Of a DNA stretch of 64,000 bases, positions 1-14,336 are shown one piece after another. The stretch covers positions 42,594,001 to 42,658,000 of the forward strand of contig OX597816.1 in NCBI GenBank assembly GCA_951406725.2, in the 5' to 3' direction. A program made the position numbers and the translations under genes. The notes beneath the pieces are model-generated. The model worked only from the letters and a program-made list of their open reading frames with translations, made no database searches and was not told the origin of the DNA. Numbering within the stretch: position 1 is the first letter of the stretch; the number at the start of each line of letters is the position of its first letter. The DNA comes from Octopus vulgaris. Taxonomy: Eukaryota.

Positions 1-1215
1 GAATTCAATCAATTTGTTTGCATTTCATGGACAAAAGCATCTATTATTCAACGTATGATCAGTCCAGTTAAACTAAAAACGGGTAAGAATGATGAGAATT
101 GTGATCTTCACGCCTTTCGCAAAAACGTAAGTTCACTTGTACTATTGCTCTTGTCTATGGTCAGAATAAAAGAAAAAATGTAGTGTGATCTGGTGTTACA
201 TTTCATAGGGATACACACACATATGTATGTATGTATGTATGTATGTGTGTATGTATGTATGTATGCTTGTATTTATAAAGGCATAATTAAGAAACCCTTT
301 ATATCAGACGTTTTGTTTATTCTTTTACAATGTTATGAAAAACATTAAGTACTTCAATTTGGATTTAAGTATAAATCTGAAACAAATAGATATACCACAG
401 GTGGAAATCGAACCGACAATTCATCCTCTTGTATTTTCAATAGAACAATTATATATGCTGAAAAAATATACCAATAATTCATGAACATTTTTGGTTTGGA
501 ACATACTTGACTATTAAAGATACTTATCAGATATTTAGATCTAAGTTTATAAAACATGGAAACATTGCTAAAAATGCTGAGTGAGCTTTTAGAAACATTG
601 GGAAAGCAATTGACATGTGTTAAAGAGCGATAATTTCATGTCATTGAGTTGTTCATCAATTCGCAATTCAAAATTGCAAATTATGCTACATTCTAACAAA
701 ATTCTTATGGATTTCATAATCTCTTATCTCTCAAAATACTTTTTCTGTGATCGCTATTTTATTCTGATTTTAATTTCATGTATGCCTTTGGTTGTTTCCC
801 AAATGTTATTTGAACATTAGAACAAACTGAATATTTTATTTTATAAAGTATATCAATGTAGCACGCTGGTAGATTTAATATTCAGAAAGGTAATATGAGT
901 TGATAATCTAATGTTAAAAAGAAATAAAGTAGTGTCAAAATTTGAAAAGTGTTAAAAATAAGTACGAAAAACGTGAGAAATGTACTTGTTCACTTAATCC
1001 CATGTGGAAGGGGCTAAAACGAAAAAAGGACGTAATCTGTGTACGCTACGATGTTCTTTGCAATACTGACTTCAGCTTCCGGTTTGGGCGCAACATAGGA
1101 CATTCATTATGTCCATGCTTGAAGATCGATGATGACTGTCGTGACAAGAAAGTAAGTTTTATATTGTTCATAATTACAGAAAGAAAATTTTGACGTATCA
1201 GATGGGACTAATTTA

Positions 1216-1970
1216 GGATCTTTCCCTCTTTCTTGACCTACAGATTCAAAAAAAATTTTTGTAACTAAACACTTTCAATCTTCGGACAATGGTAGAATGT
1301 GTCATATAAAACATATTTTACTGTTAGCATTTTTGAGAAAAACTTATATTTACGAAGTTATGTCACGTTAAAGTTCTCATATTTGGGAAATTTCAACCAA
1401 TCAATGACCTGTATTCAGCTGAATAAAATTACTGCCGTTATTTGTCAACAACAATTATCGGCGGTGTATTGTTCATTTGTCACTGTTATTTATGACATCG
1501 TTCGTGCATATGTACTGGTTTTAAGATATTAGGGTTAGGGATTTAGGGTTAGGGTTACGGTTTTAGGTTTAGGGTTAGGATTTTAGGGTTAGGGTTAAGG
1601 TTTTATAGTTAAGGTGTTAGGGTTAGCGTTTTAGGGTTAGGATTAAGGTTACGTTTTCCGGTTTAGAGATAGAGTTTACGTTTAGGGTTGTCATAAATAA
1701 CAGTGACAAACGAAATATACACCGCCGGAAGTTCTTCTTGAGAAACAACAGCAGTAATTTTATTCAGCTGAATACACGGCATTGATTGGTTGAAATTACC
1801 GAAAGAGGACTACTTTAACGTGAAATAAATTGTAAATATAAGTTTTTCTCAAAAATGCTGAGAGTAAACGATGTTTTATATGACACATTCTACCCGTCTC
1901 CGAAGTTTGAAAGTGTTTAGTTGCTAAAAAATTATTTAAAAAATCTGTAGGCCCCCCCAAAAAAAAATCC
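1216..1970. mobile_element. Non-autonomous foldback DNA transposon (MITE-like) with ~260-bp inverted arms and a TTAGGG-like core
   Basis: Arms ~1237-1497 and ~1689-1951 are reverse complements (e.g. GTATTCAGCTGAATAAAATTACTGC / GCAGTAATTTTATTCAGCTGAATAC). Termini are GGAT...ATCC, flanked by an identical 8-mer CTAATTTA at 1208-1215 and 1971-1978 (TSD). Confidence 0.85.
1529..1687 (+). repeat. Degenerate telomere-like (TTAGGG)n array
   Basis: Run of TTAGGG, TTTAGGG, TTAGGA, TTAAGG and TTACGG variants between the two inverted arms. Confidence 0.9.
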
Positions 1971-2340
1971 CTAATTTACTTACATAAATTCATTCAAACA
2001 ACTCTAGAATTTTTCAAATAAATTCAAAATTTTCAAAACATTGTTCATCAGTTAATATCAAAAGTAATTCAACAGTTAAGAAATATCTATTATAAAATTA
2101 TGCGCCATTAACCTTGTATGTTACGATATATGCAAACATGTAAAGTATTCTAAGTAATAAATTCTTCAAAGAAAGGGCGAACCATGAAATATTAATCAAT
2201 TGAATTTCATGGCAGCGTTTCAAAAAAAGGAATGGCAATAATTATGATCAGGATTTTCTTGCAAGCAGAAAAACAATCATTACACGTTACTAGATTAATG
2301 CACTGATTCACAAAGTTACGCAGCATATACAGGGGTGTGT

Positions 2341-2341
2341 C

Positions 2342-2421
<80 letters not shown>

Positions 2422-2445
2422 TGTGTGTGTATGTAAATGTATGTA

Positions 2446-2478
<33 letters not shown>

Positions 2479-2588
2479 ATATATATATATCAATATAGGT
2501 GTGTATGTGCCTGTGACTCGGAATATATATGTAGATGAATGTACATACGTATGTATATACATGTTTGTATATATGAGATAGATAGGTT

Positions 2589-2662
<74 letters not shown>

Positions 2663-2672
2663 CAAATAGATA
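2341..2672. repeat. Compound microsatellite (TA)n/(TG)n/(TATG)n/(GATA)n; representative of dozens of similar tracts in the window
   Basis: Seen directly. Similar tracts at ~3.6-3.8k, 7.2-7.4k, 11.7k, 19.1k, 22.2-22.5k, 25.3k, 32.7k, 34.1k, 35.5k, 40.1k, 41.2k, 47.5k, 48.9-50.1k, 56.4k, 57.5-58.2k and 60.8k. Confidence 0.95.
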
Positions 2673-2689
2673 CAGCTGGATTCTACATA

Positions 2690-2828
2690 ATTTCTCTCTA
2701 CTAAATTCATTTGCAAGGCATTGGTATGCCTAGGACTATATAGTACAAAATGTTTTGCCCAAAGTACCGCGCAGTGAGACTGAACCAGAAACCACGCGGT
2801 TTGACACGTGTATTCTTAGCCACACAGT
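2690..2828 (-). mobile_element. Diverged 5' half of the tRNA-derived CORE-like SINE (family A)
   Basis: Reverse complement resembles the 27386 copy (CTGTGTGG...GGTTCAGTCTCACTGCGCGGTACTTTGGGCAA). Confidence 0.7.
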
Positions 2829-3604
2829 TATATATTTCAGTATGCTCTTATCCACTCTCATGCAACTAATAGCTCTATACTACTAGATATTGGTGTGTTT
2901 ATGTGTGTTAGTGAATGTATAAGACTGAGTGAAAAAGTGTGTATGTGTATTTGTAAGTGCAAAAGGAAGTTGAGAAGAGATACGTGGAAATGGTGCGGAA
3001 GATGAAAGAGAAAAAATTCTCAAATTACAGATCACTGAGTGCGTTTCTTAGGCAACCGTATTACACTTCATTGAAAGAACAGAAATAATGCTTTTGAAAA
3101 ACCACTGAGCTCTTGCCTTAGATCTGATGAAGTCTGTCTACATATACATTCAACTAAATGAAGCTGCAGGAAGAATGTACAAGATGTACGCTCTTTCCAG
3201 TGACCAATTACATTGTGTTCTGGCATTCACATAATTTTAGTTATATTTTCTTATATTCTTCTATCATGATATGCTATTACTAATGATTCTATGTCGCTGA
3301 ATAAATATATTAATATACTACAAAAACAAGATTACTTTTTTTCATTATGCTGCTACATTCTTTAATAATGCTCTAATATACCTCCTGCCCGGGTTGCTAC
3401 TGAATTTTTCATTGTCAATTAGACGATATCAAATGATATGTGTGTGTGTATCTGTGTATTTTAAATTCGTTTATGGAAACGTTAGGGGTGTGCAAATAAA
3501 GTTCGTATTTCATTATGCCGGCTACCGTCTAATAATACTGACTAGTTTTTCTGGATTGCATCATGGTTATATCGATATAATGTAGGAGAAATATAATAAT
3601 GATG

Positions 3605-3660
<56 letters not shown>

Positions 3661-3758
3661 CGGCAACACTCGGCAAGAAATGGAAGCAAATTTGAAAGAA
3701 GAAAAAAAAAGTAATTATAATAATAATAATAATTATTATTATTATTATTATTATTATG

Positions 3759-3806
<48 letters not shown>

Positions 3807-5329
3807 ATTATTATTATTAGTATTAGTATTATTATCATTGGATGGAATTTATAAGTACTTAATACATCGTTACGCGCTTTTCTGCAAATCTTATGATTTT
3901 AACATCAGGGTCGGTATCCTTGGGATTGATGCAGTAGAGTTCGTATTATTCGTGGGCATCAAGTTGATCATCATCATCATCATCGATACATTTAATTATG
4001 CGATACTGCTTTATTGGATGAATCACAGAGTGATGTTTATCTCCACGGGTTGTGTATTGATTCCATCACAAACGACCTTGATAATTTAGCAGGTTCACCT
4101 CACCACAAATCGTTTTCTTATCACTGACCAGTAGCCATTAAACAACTCCTTAATAGATCAACCTAGAATAATGGCACCGCGAACCTCCTCTCTTGTTAGA
4201 AGTAAATATAAGTGAGTCTTGTCCATTCTCTGACGTTCTCTTCAACCCATCTTGTGTAGCGTAATCTCGCATGTGAACGAATACAAGTGAATTTATTCTC
4301 TCGAATAGCTAATAAAGAATTGTTTGGCAGGATCACGAGTACACTAGGTAACACCACAAACCGCACAACCAATACCCCTGTCACTACCACATACACAAAC
4401 ATGATACACTGGCGCAAACTAATTCATGTATACAGCGAAAGATAGAACACACGCCCTACACGAAAGAAAACGAAAATCATTATCTGCACGCTCATAAACA
4501 AAAAAAAAACACGATTACTCCATTACATTTACAAATAGCATAATGACATGCATAATTATCGTCATAATATCACAAAACAAATATGATATTGGAAAAAATT
4601 CCCTGCGGGTGCAAGACATCTGTTGGCAGATATTGACAAAATACGAAGGAAAGAAATAGTTGTAGAAACACCCACAAAAAGTAGGAGCGATGTCTCCCTC
4701 CAGTCCATATCAATAAGTATTTTGAAAGGTTCCTGCATTAACAAAGATGCAAGAGATTACTATTGGCGTACTGCCACGCTGCCGGCGTGGTAATGTTTAT
4801 TTTTCTATTGCCATTGTCCCGCTTCTAGTTATTTTGTATGTTTACATGTCTAATGTTGCATGTGCAATATACGAGTAGTCTCTACCTGTGCTATTTTGTA
4901 TACCAATTGTATTCTTTTATTCTTTACTTGTTTCAGTCATTAGACTCTGGCCATGCCAGGGCACCGCCTTGAATGTCGAGTCGAATAAATAGTTCCCAGT
5001 ACTTATACTTTAATGTAAGTTTTGAATCGTGTACGTCTTTGTTTTTAAAATTTACTCATTTTTAAATCATCCCTCCAAAGAAAAATGATTCCGATTTCAA
5101 ACTTCAAATTTTCATTATACCCGAATCGGGATCATTTTATTATTGTTTAGCTGTTAAATTTCTTTTGGTGATACTGATGTATTTTCTATTAGTGAACTTG
5201 CTTTTGCTGCTTGCCTTAATCTGCATGTTTTTTTTTTTAATTGTAATATCTGAGATTATATTTAGTCACATTTCCATCCAGTAAAATATTTTGGCCTAAG
5301 ATTCTAACATATCCTTATGTCAGTATTAC

Positions 5330-6180
5330 ATAATAGAACACTTTCCGGCTAAGAAGTTCAACAATCTTCTACATACATATATTTTTCAATTTGATACAAC
5401 GTGAGCGTCTAGACATTGAAAAACGTCTATGTATACTGCTTCAATATTTCTTACAGTTTTACATTTCCAGTGGGTTATCATCTGCCTTGAATCTTTAAAT
5501 GAGTTTCACCTCATCCACTTTTACTCACTGCAAACTTAACCAGCACGAGACATGTTAGGTCTTTATCTAGTCAACACCTGAATTTGATATCTTGGAATAT
5601 ATTTTTTTAGCATAGCATATTTCAATAGTGTGATTTGTCTTCTTTCAAATCTCTTCAGAAATGTACGTTATCTCTCATCGTTTTTCTTCTATTTGTTAAC
5701 TTCCCTAAAGAGTAGAAAACATATTTGGTTGCTGAATTAATGTTATATATTCATCTTAGATTCTATTGATTTGTTCATCGACATTTTTCAGACTTACATT
5801 AGATAATTTATAATAATTTGTTGGCTACATATGTTCCTGTATTCCTGATAAATATAATATTTATGTGTGCTTTTCAGTTGTGTGTTATATATGCAGCCAT
5901 TATTTTTCTTGTTTTCCTGTCTAGTCTTGCTTATTTACTTATTTTCCATTTGAGAATACTATAACTGTTATTTATTACTGGAACATATAGTGTATGGATA
6001 CCTATAATCATACTTATAACATTTAGATCTGTTTTCTGTATTAATCTAATGCGTCTATAATATTCCTACCAGAATTGTTATTATATTTATTTATTGGACT
6101 CTGTCTAGGTCATTGATTCTTTAGTATTCCTCAGTTCGTGTCTGGCTTAACATTTCTAACTATTAATCTATAATAAATTC
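5330..6180 (-). pseudogene. Highly degraded R4/Dong-like non-LTR retrotransposon fragment (region after the RT core)
   Basis: Minus-strand translation gives IGIHTLYVPVINNSYSILKW and LDRKTRKIM, matching the R4/Dong post-RT motif AINxxAVPVxxYSFGxxxW...LDRKTRK. Many stops and frameshifts. Confidence 0.55.
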
Positions 6181-7226
6181 AGTTTGTTTGTGTAAAATAA
6201 ACGGACTACTACATCTAAGGGTAAATTGTCACGTGGTATAATTTCCGATTACCTGAGTTATGAGTTCAAATATAACCTACATGAACTATTTTTTTTTCCT
6301 TTGAGGATCAATGATATCCTGAAGTGAGCTCTATCAGTGGTAATCCGTCGTCTTTGTTATACTAATGCTTGGAGGAGTGTTGGAAGTACTTGTGCCAGGT
6401 CTCTAGTTTGAGTATATCTTCGTCTCTTCTTCCTTCCAATACGTGAGTCTGTTTGAATCGACACTGCTACCCCTTTTGAGTAAAAGAGTTTTACTAAATT
6501 GTCTCTAATTCCTATGTATATGTTTAAACATATCTAGAAAATAGCTGAAAGCTGGTGACATACTTCGATTATTTCTCTTCTCCTTACAGATGAGATATAA
6601 TTGCATAATTCGCTCTTCTGTATTATTTGAAATGCATAATTGTTTGAAACATTTGGGCTATGTATGCTAGAACTTAATGACTAAAATTTATAGAATTAAT
6701 TAGTCCGAATCACATGGTTCAAATATCGCTGTATTTCATCCATTCAATGTTCTCTCTTATTCTTATTTGTACAGCATGGTCGATTATGTGTATTTTGGTT
6801 TTATTAGAAACCTATTTCTTGAATCGTAAGTTTCTTTACAGTATCCATTTTCTTTTTCCTTCCTTTTTTATTGTTCTGGATTTTTCTTCAAGTATTCTTT
6901 GCGGTTATCACTTAAATCCTACGAAATCATCACCTGAAATATTTATGTAATTAAAGGAGGAATGTAATGGAGATTAACACAATGTTCTTCTAAAACACTC
7001 AGTAGATGATTTAATTCATGTGTCACAATTTCTCTGGGCCTTAGAGGCATTTCAATTAGTGATTTGTAAACACTGTTCTTTCAATGTAAAGTATAGTTAA
7101 TTGTCTTAGTATACGATACCTGTCGATTTGCAGTCACCTTTCTAATTCAGATATTTTGTTTGCTATTTTATTATCGGTGAGTATCATCAATATTTATAAT
7201 CAATCTTTATTATTATTATTATTATT

Positions 7227-7270
<44 letters not shown>

Positions 7271-7271
7271 T

Positions 7272-7349
<78 letters not shown>

Positions 7350-7393
7350 TTTATTATTATTATTATTTTCATCATCATTATCATCGTGATTTG

Positions 7394-8070
7394 GGCGGCG
7401 AACGGGCAGAACCGTTCGCACGCGCAGCTAAAAGCTTAGCGGCATTTCGTCCGTCTTTAAGCTCTGAATTCAAATGCGCCCAGGTGGACTTTACTTTTCA
7501 TCCCTTCGGAGTCGCTACTTTAAGTACCAGTGAATTGTTGGGTTGATATAATTGACTAGTCCCCTACCGTAAAACTTCGGGTCTTGTGCCTATAACAGAA
7601 AGGATTGTTATTTTTGTTGTTATTGGGGCAGAAACCGCGGTGAGCGGGCAGAACCGTTCGCACGCCGCGAAAAATGCCTAGCGTCATTTCAGCTGTCTTT
7701 ACAACCTGAGTTCGAAGTCGACTTTGCCTCCCATCATATCGACGGCGACAGGATAAGTACCTATTTCATTACTACCCACAAGGGGCTAAACACAGAGAGG
7801 ACAGACAAGGGCAGACAAACGGATTAAGTCGATTACATCTACCCCAGTGCACAACTGGTACTTATTTAATCGACCCCGAAAGGATGAAAGGCAAAGTCGA
7901 CCTCGGCGGAATTTGAACTCAGAACGTAGCAGCAGACGAAATACGGCTACGCATTTCGCCCGGCGTGCTAACGTTTCTGCTAGTTCGCCGCCTTATCCGA
8001 CAGGATAAGTACCATCTGACTACTGCAGTCGATGGGGCCGACTAACTTGCACCCAAATGGCAGACCCTTC
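7394..8070. mobile_element. Cluster of Nin/Deu-domain-like SINEs (family B), including a nested antisense copy at 7762-7995
   Basis: GGCGGCGA...GAGTTCAAATTCCGCCGAGGTCGACTTTGCCTTTCATCCTTTCGGGGTCGAT...AAGTACCAG motif. The nested minus copy is flanked by a 16-bp duplication CGACAGGATAAGTACC (7746-7761, 7998-8013). Confidence 0.85.
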
Positions 8071-10679
8071 ACCAATACTATAATTACCAACACTACGTTT
8101 GCCAAATGCGCTGTGGCATATTTTCCATTACCAATACCAATTTTCGCCGTGACTAATTTTGGCTCTCCTCCTCTCTGTGTCGATAGAATACAGTAACAAT
8201 CAAGGACTGAGGTCAATGTAATCGATTCTCCTTCCCCTGAAATTGCTGGCATTGTGACTAATTTAGATAAAATTACTATTTCTATTATGTTTGTTTTCCT
8301 CGCGTGCTTATGCAGCTACTGCACAGAGATTTGTGTTTTGGTTTCAATGCCTCAGGCACTTTATGATTGCTTTGAACTTATGGATTATGTTAGATGTGCG
8401 ATGCATATTAAGAATTCAGTTATAGAACCAAAATACCAAAATATTCACATGTTAATATTCGGTCGACTTTCAAAAATCTTGACAACAGATCATATTTGCT
8501 GAAAAAGTTAACTACATTGAAACTGCATTCATGAATTAACACGATTTAAATTTAAGTCACTATGCAACGAAAACAATATAAATACATTGCAAGTTGCCCA
8601 AAAAGGGTGGTATTTTTTGTGATTTTAATGCCCGCATTTTACAAACATGGTCCATACGATTAGTAATAAACATGCCAGCCTTCGCAGTTTCTTAATTAAG
8701 CGAAACATTTGATGCGTATTACTACAAATTACTTTTCAAAATACAGATTCCTTAGAAAAGTATCTCCGCTAAATACAGAGATGATAGAAAATCAGTTCAT
8801 CCAATTAATATGCGTAAAGGAAATATTTGTTAAGTAGCAGATTTAATAATTATTCCTATGCAAGTCATGTGTGCTCAACTATATCGTCCCGAATAACAAT
8901 CTAATTAAACATGCAAATTACCTAATAATATATTCGAATCTCAAATATGCTAATGAGACTCATCAGTGTTTGAAATGATTAACTAGGTTTACATTTCTCA
9001 GTAAGCCTGCTATGTGTTCTACTATATTGTTGCTTCTGTGAATAGTATTTCTTTTATATTTCTTTCATAAGAACATACACATATGTTCCTCTATTATTGA
9101 TATGTAAATGACCAGCTAATTAAATATGCAAAAACTCGAACATCAACAATACATCCCGTTACTACACACAGTCTTCTATATATTGCTTATATCGATGTTA
9201 CTGCGTTAACATGGACATTATATTCCAACTGTTATCTATGTACATGTGACAGCAATGACGATCACGTTGGCTGCTTAATAAAATTTCCTGAAAAATAAAA
9301 AAAATGGAAAGCGATACGTTTATTTACACATAATATAAAAGAATTCAAAATTTGACTTTGATATTCTAGACTATTTTGCATTTGAAATTAACCTGGCATT
9401 TTACTTGAAGTATTTCATTTTTTATTCTTTTCGTTTACTAAATAATAAAACACAATCTATTTGTATAAATGCCTGCCTCGATAAAAAATTCAATATGCAT
9501 GCATTACGATATATATAGTTCTCGTCTGTGTTGCCTGTAAGTAATACGGTGATATATATGCGTATTTAAAGAGAAAATAGCGTTGATGTTAGCATATATT
9601 TGAATGAGAACAATGTCACCCTGTATATGAAAGTAAACGTTTCCCTTAAGCAACCTTTAAAATCTGATTTTTTAAAATACATTGCACAAAACACACATTA
9701 AGGATATTGTGCCTAACATTCTTTGAGGGTGTAGGGAAATTTTATCATATAGATAACGTTGTCCTTATGTTTAAATTGTAACGATGTGATTCTATCTTCA
9801 CATATCAAAACGTCAACTTTGAGTGGGCGTAGAATTTTCATTTTTGGCCTACACCAGCAACTGTATAGATACTGGTTTCCGTTCGTGCAAATAAAAAACT
9901 TTTGTTGTTCAAACTTCTCACGCTTGTAGTAATGTATCCTTACATATAACGCATTTCCTCTCGATTTATATGAGCTTTTTTGTATGCCAATGTGAAGCAA
10001 GATTTCACATAAAGAATTCTCAATTATAAGGAAAATTCAAATGTATGACACTGAAAAGGGCTTCTTAAAAGCATATATGATAATATAATATAGTAGGCGT
10101 GCGAAGATTCAAATAGAGTTAAACATAAAACCTGAAGATGGCTATATGGAGATTTCGAATCTGTAAATAAACAGTGTGTCACCTGGTTTAAAGATGGTCC
10201 CGTAAATTCATAAACGTGTAAAGTTGCTGCTCAAGAATTTGGATTAGAGGCTCAGACAACAGACGGACGATAAGATATCGTTGCAGTCCTTATTAATAAT
10301 CTACTACTCAATAACTCGTACACACATGGTAGTATTATATACTCATATATATGAAGCACCTTTGTATATCTTTCAAATTGTCTTTCAGCTCAAAACGCTC
10401 TCTCATTTTCTTTTTCTTTTTTTCCATACCAAACTCTTCCTTTCTTGTGTGTGTGTGGATTGGGGGGAGTGTGCGTGAGTTCGTCACACATGTGCATGTA
10501 CTATATATATGTAACTTACATTGGCCGGTCTGGAGTCATGATTATTGGACGTGTGTACAATGTGCCGACACATAGCATCATGTCTGTATCGGCAACAAAG
10601 CTGAAATAAGAAGTGCGTGGATATATTATTTGCAACAACTGTTTAAATGATCGGTTATAAATGTGATAAAATGATAATC

Positions 10680-11400
10680 ATCTTTTCTGCTATATGGACA
10701 AGACCTGAAATTTTTGGAGTGGGGGTAGTCAATTACATACACCCCAGTATTCCACTGGTATTTATATTTTACCGACTCTGGAATGATTAAAGATAAAGAC
10801 GACAACGGCGAGTTTTGTGAAGATGGACAAAATAGTGCTGAATGTTTCGACCGGCGGGCTAACGATCCTCCCTACTCGCCATCATAATCTTCGTCTTATT
10901 ATTTAAAATATGAAAAAAACTTTAGCGCGCCAGCTGTCTTTGAGTTTTGAATTCAGCTGTCTTTGAGTTTTGAATTCAGCTGTCTTTGAGTTTTGAATTC
11001 AAGTTACGCCAAGGTCATCTTTGTCTTCATTAATTTGAGGTACAGAAATTTAGTACTACTTGAGCAGTGGGTTGGAGCCAAAATTTGGAATCAATGATAA
11101 AAAACACAGGGCTGCAAGTTGGCAGAAATGTTGGCACTTCGGGCAAAACGCTTAGCGGCATTTCGTCAGTTTTTATGATCTGAGTTCAAATTCCACCGTG
11201 GTTGACTTTGCCTTTTTTACCTTTCGGGATAGATAAGTATGTACCATCTCAGCACTGGCATCACTGTATTCGGCTTATCCCGTTCCCGTCGGACAAAATT
11301 TCGAAATCACTAATGAGACTGAGATTAAGGCAGCGAGTTGGGAGAATGGTTAGCATACCGGGTAAAATGCTTTGCGGTATTTCTCCCATCTTGTTTTGAG
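10680..11400. mobile_element. Several diverged family-B SINE fragments on both strands
   Basis: Minus copy ~10680-10885. Plus copies ~10915-11070, 11110-11300 and 11327-11400 carry GGCAGAA...CTTAGCGGCATTTCGTC...GAGTTCAAATTCC...GACTTTGCC-like motifs. Confidence 0.7.
10931..11001 (+). repeat. Perfect 23-bp tandem triplication inside a SINE remnant
   Basis: CAGCTGTCTTTGAGTTTTGAATT x3. Confidence 0.95.
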
Positions 11401-11651
11401 AGAGAGAGAGAAAGAGAGAGTGAGGCTTAAAGAGAAAGACGGTGATACAGGCAGACAGAAAAAGAGAGTGGTAGAACATTCAGAGAACCGTATCAAATAT
11501 GTTTGGCTAACAATTGTTTTAGGGATTGTAGTTCCGAAATTGGCAGATGTGTATTGTGTTCTGGTGTGCTATGTCTTTTAAAACAAAAATATGATACCTT
11601 ATATGCTAATGTATACGAGCGCTCATTCATGGATTTCTCAGTTCACTATCA

Positions 11652-11806
<155 letters not shown>

Positions 11807-13484
11807 CATGAGTGTGTATATACTTGTTTATTTGTTAGAATACCTCATTACTCAACAAAATTTCTCTAGCCCACCCTAAAACAAAATAACTGTGATCGTA
11901 ATTAATTCTGTCATTCTGTTTATTGCATTATATAATGCTGCTTACTAATATTATTTGTTAAAACTTGATCTGTTTTTTTTTCTGTTTATATCCATTTTTC
12001 CTTCTTTAATTATTTGCCTATATTCCTTTATCGTTTGCAGAGTTACGTATAAGTATCACTTCAATTTAATAGATTTTAATTTGTTTTGTTATTGTTGTTG
12101 CACACGTTTGATATGCAATGCTTTGTATTTTGTTGTTTTATATTTTTATCAACTTAATCTTCTCTCATTCAATCCGACAACGCATCACTTTCTTTTTCAA
12201 AATTTACACAAGTTATATAACACTTCTGAAAGATTATTTTGCCTTCGGTGTTTTAGGATGTGTGCAAATATCCACTTGGTGTTAAATACATATTTGAATG
12301 TACAAAGTTCAACATCTAAAAATATGACGAATAGCCTACCTGAATGAGGTAGCAATGTGATGTGGAGATTCTTGACTATATTATGGTGGTATATTTTTGT
12401 ATTTATTCCTAAAAAGTACTGTAATTATCTGGCGTTTCTGAATTCAGTTTTCCAGTTGATCTATGTTGCCGAGTTATACGATACTTGTTTGATATCAAAA
12501 GCTTAATAATATTTTCAATTTAACCCCGATATGATAATCAACTACATGAAATGAGAAATATGAAAATATTTGCCAGAATTTGGCGAAATCTTTTTAATCC
12601 TGATCCTCTTGATGTAACGTACGTTAGCTCACTTTTCCAGTGATATCAAAACATATTATGGAAACGTTATTCGCTTCAGTTAGATATATTTTAGAGTTTT
12701 ACTTAATGATACTTATCAGGACGGCCTTTACGACATAAGCTTCTCTTTATCTGCCTGGTTTGCATATATAGTACATCTCTAATAACACTCGTTTTAGGAA
12801 ACAATTAAGGTCCTTTGGCTAGTAGATGGAAACACGTTTTATTCAATGTGTCCTCTGACCAAATATCTTTGATTTTCTTAATCGCAAGAAATGAATCTTT
12901 TCGGGAAGTGAATAGGCACCGACTTTATAAAGTGTAGCAATAATTTAAATTTGCATTACAATAAAATAAATTAAAATTTTTTTTGCAACAGACAGTTAAA
13001 TTACAATGAAAGGAATCTACATTCCTTGCCAGAATTACATGAATTATGCTGAATAAATAATCGATTTGTTTTATCGTCGCTCTAATGATTTCTGTCATAT
13101 AAGCAACAATCTAAGTTAAAATTATATAAGACGATTAGACAAAAAGAGAGTAAGATAAAAGAGTTTGCTTTTCCCGAAATATCCATATTTAACGAACATC
13201 GTCTAGTTAGAAGCTTCAGCAGAAGAGAAATATTTTGTTGCAATCAGCACAATAACTACACACACAAACTCACATACACACACATAGACATTACTATATA
13301 CACACCATATACTCACAATCATAATCATATATATTTACATATATATATTCATATATGCCCCAGCATGTCCACAGCTCATGAGCTGAAACTAGAATCAATC
13401 ATATATATATACATATATACACACTGATACACATACATACATCCACATCTATATGCAAATATGTAAATATGTATGCAAAAACAT

Positions 13485-13733
13485 TCTCTGCAGAATAGTC
13501 TTAATGGTAAAAATTTCAATTCCTTGGATGGCGTAAAAAGTTACCCTGTAGAATTCATTGCTATGAAACCACCTTAATTCTGAGAAGAATGTATTTTCAA
13601 GTTAAAGGAATGATGGAGGCGCATTGTGCAAGAAAATGGTTCATATTTGGTTGATTAAAAATGTAATGGCAAGTATTTATTGACCTTTTTGTTTCCTTTA
13701 AAAATCGGCACGAACTTTCCGGACAATATAATA
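13485..13733 (+). mobile_element. Mariner transposon 3' remnant (transposase C-terminus plus TIR)
   Basis: Translates as SLQNSLNGKNFNSLDGVKSY...FKLKE*WRRIVQENGSYLVD*, the typical mariner C-terminus. It is followed by a TIR-like AAAATCGGCACGAACTTTCCGGACAATATAATA. Confidence 0.85.
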
Positions 13734-14336
13734 TATTCTTCTCATACCTCGTCATTCTTCTAAAATCACTATAAACCTTATTTTTGCGCAGACACCCAAG
13801 TGTTACATTATAGTAAGAGCAAACCCTTTATTATTTATATCATGGACTTCATTACTCTTTCTTCGAGTATGTATATATGTCATTTAGCACAAATTTACCT
13901 ATTATTTCAAGCAGAATTTCTAACCACATAGATGGTACACTTCCTGTGAATTTTTTTAAACTCAAACATTTACGATAAGTGGAAGTATCTTTTTTAGTCA
14001 TATAGGAATAAAGCTGCAATTTACATAGTATTTATGATTGTGATAGAAGTGATAAATATCGCATTGAGTTCATAAACGCAAATTTTTACAACCATGTAAC
14101 GCCAACTTTGAAATCTCGCTAGTGTTACGGTTACATTCAATTTCCCCATATTTCATGAAATGTTTCGCTGTAACGATCCAACCAATGTTTTGAGTATGCA
14201 TTTCTGATTTCCCACACATCTGAAATCTACAACAAATACATCACCAAAATTAAATGCTCGGCGGGCTAACGTTACTGCGAGCTCGAGGTTTACAATATAG
14301 TATTATTATTTTAATATCAATGGCTTTTAGGGAAAT

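Noticed and set aside
1529-1687. A true telomere or chromosome-fusion site
   Set aside because: The array is short, degenerate, single-orientation and enclosed in a TSD-flanked element.
8925-8972. Minus-strand CTGATGA followed by a hairpin
   Set aside because: It has GAAT instead of GAAA and no stem I.
10931-11001. 23-bp repeats as a CRISPR array
   Set aside because: The repeats are directly adjacent with no spacers, the context is eukaryotic, and there are no cas genes.
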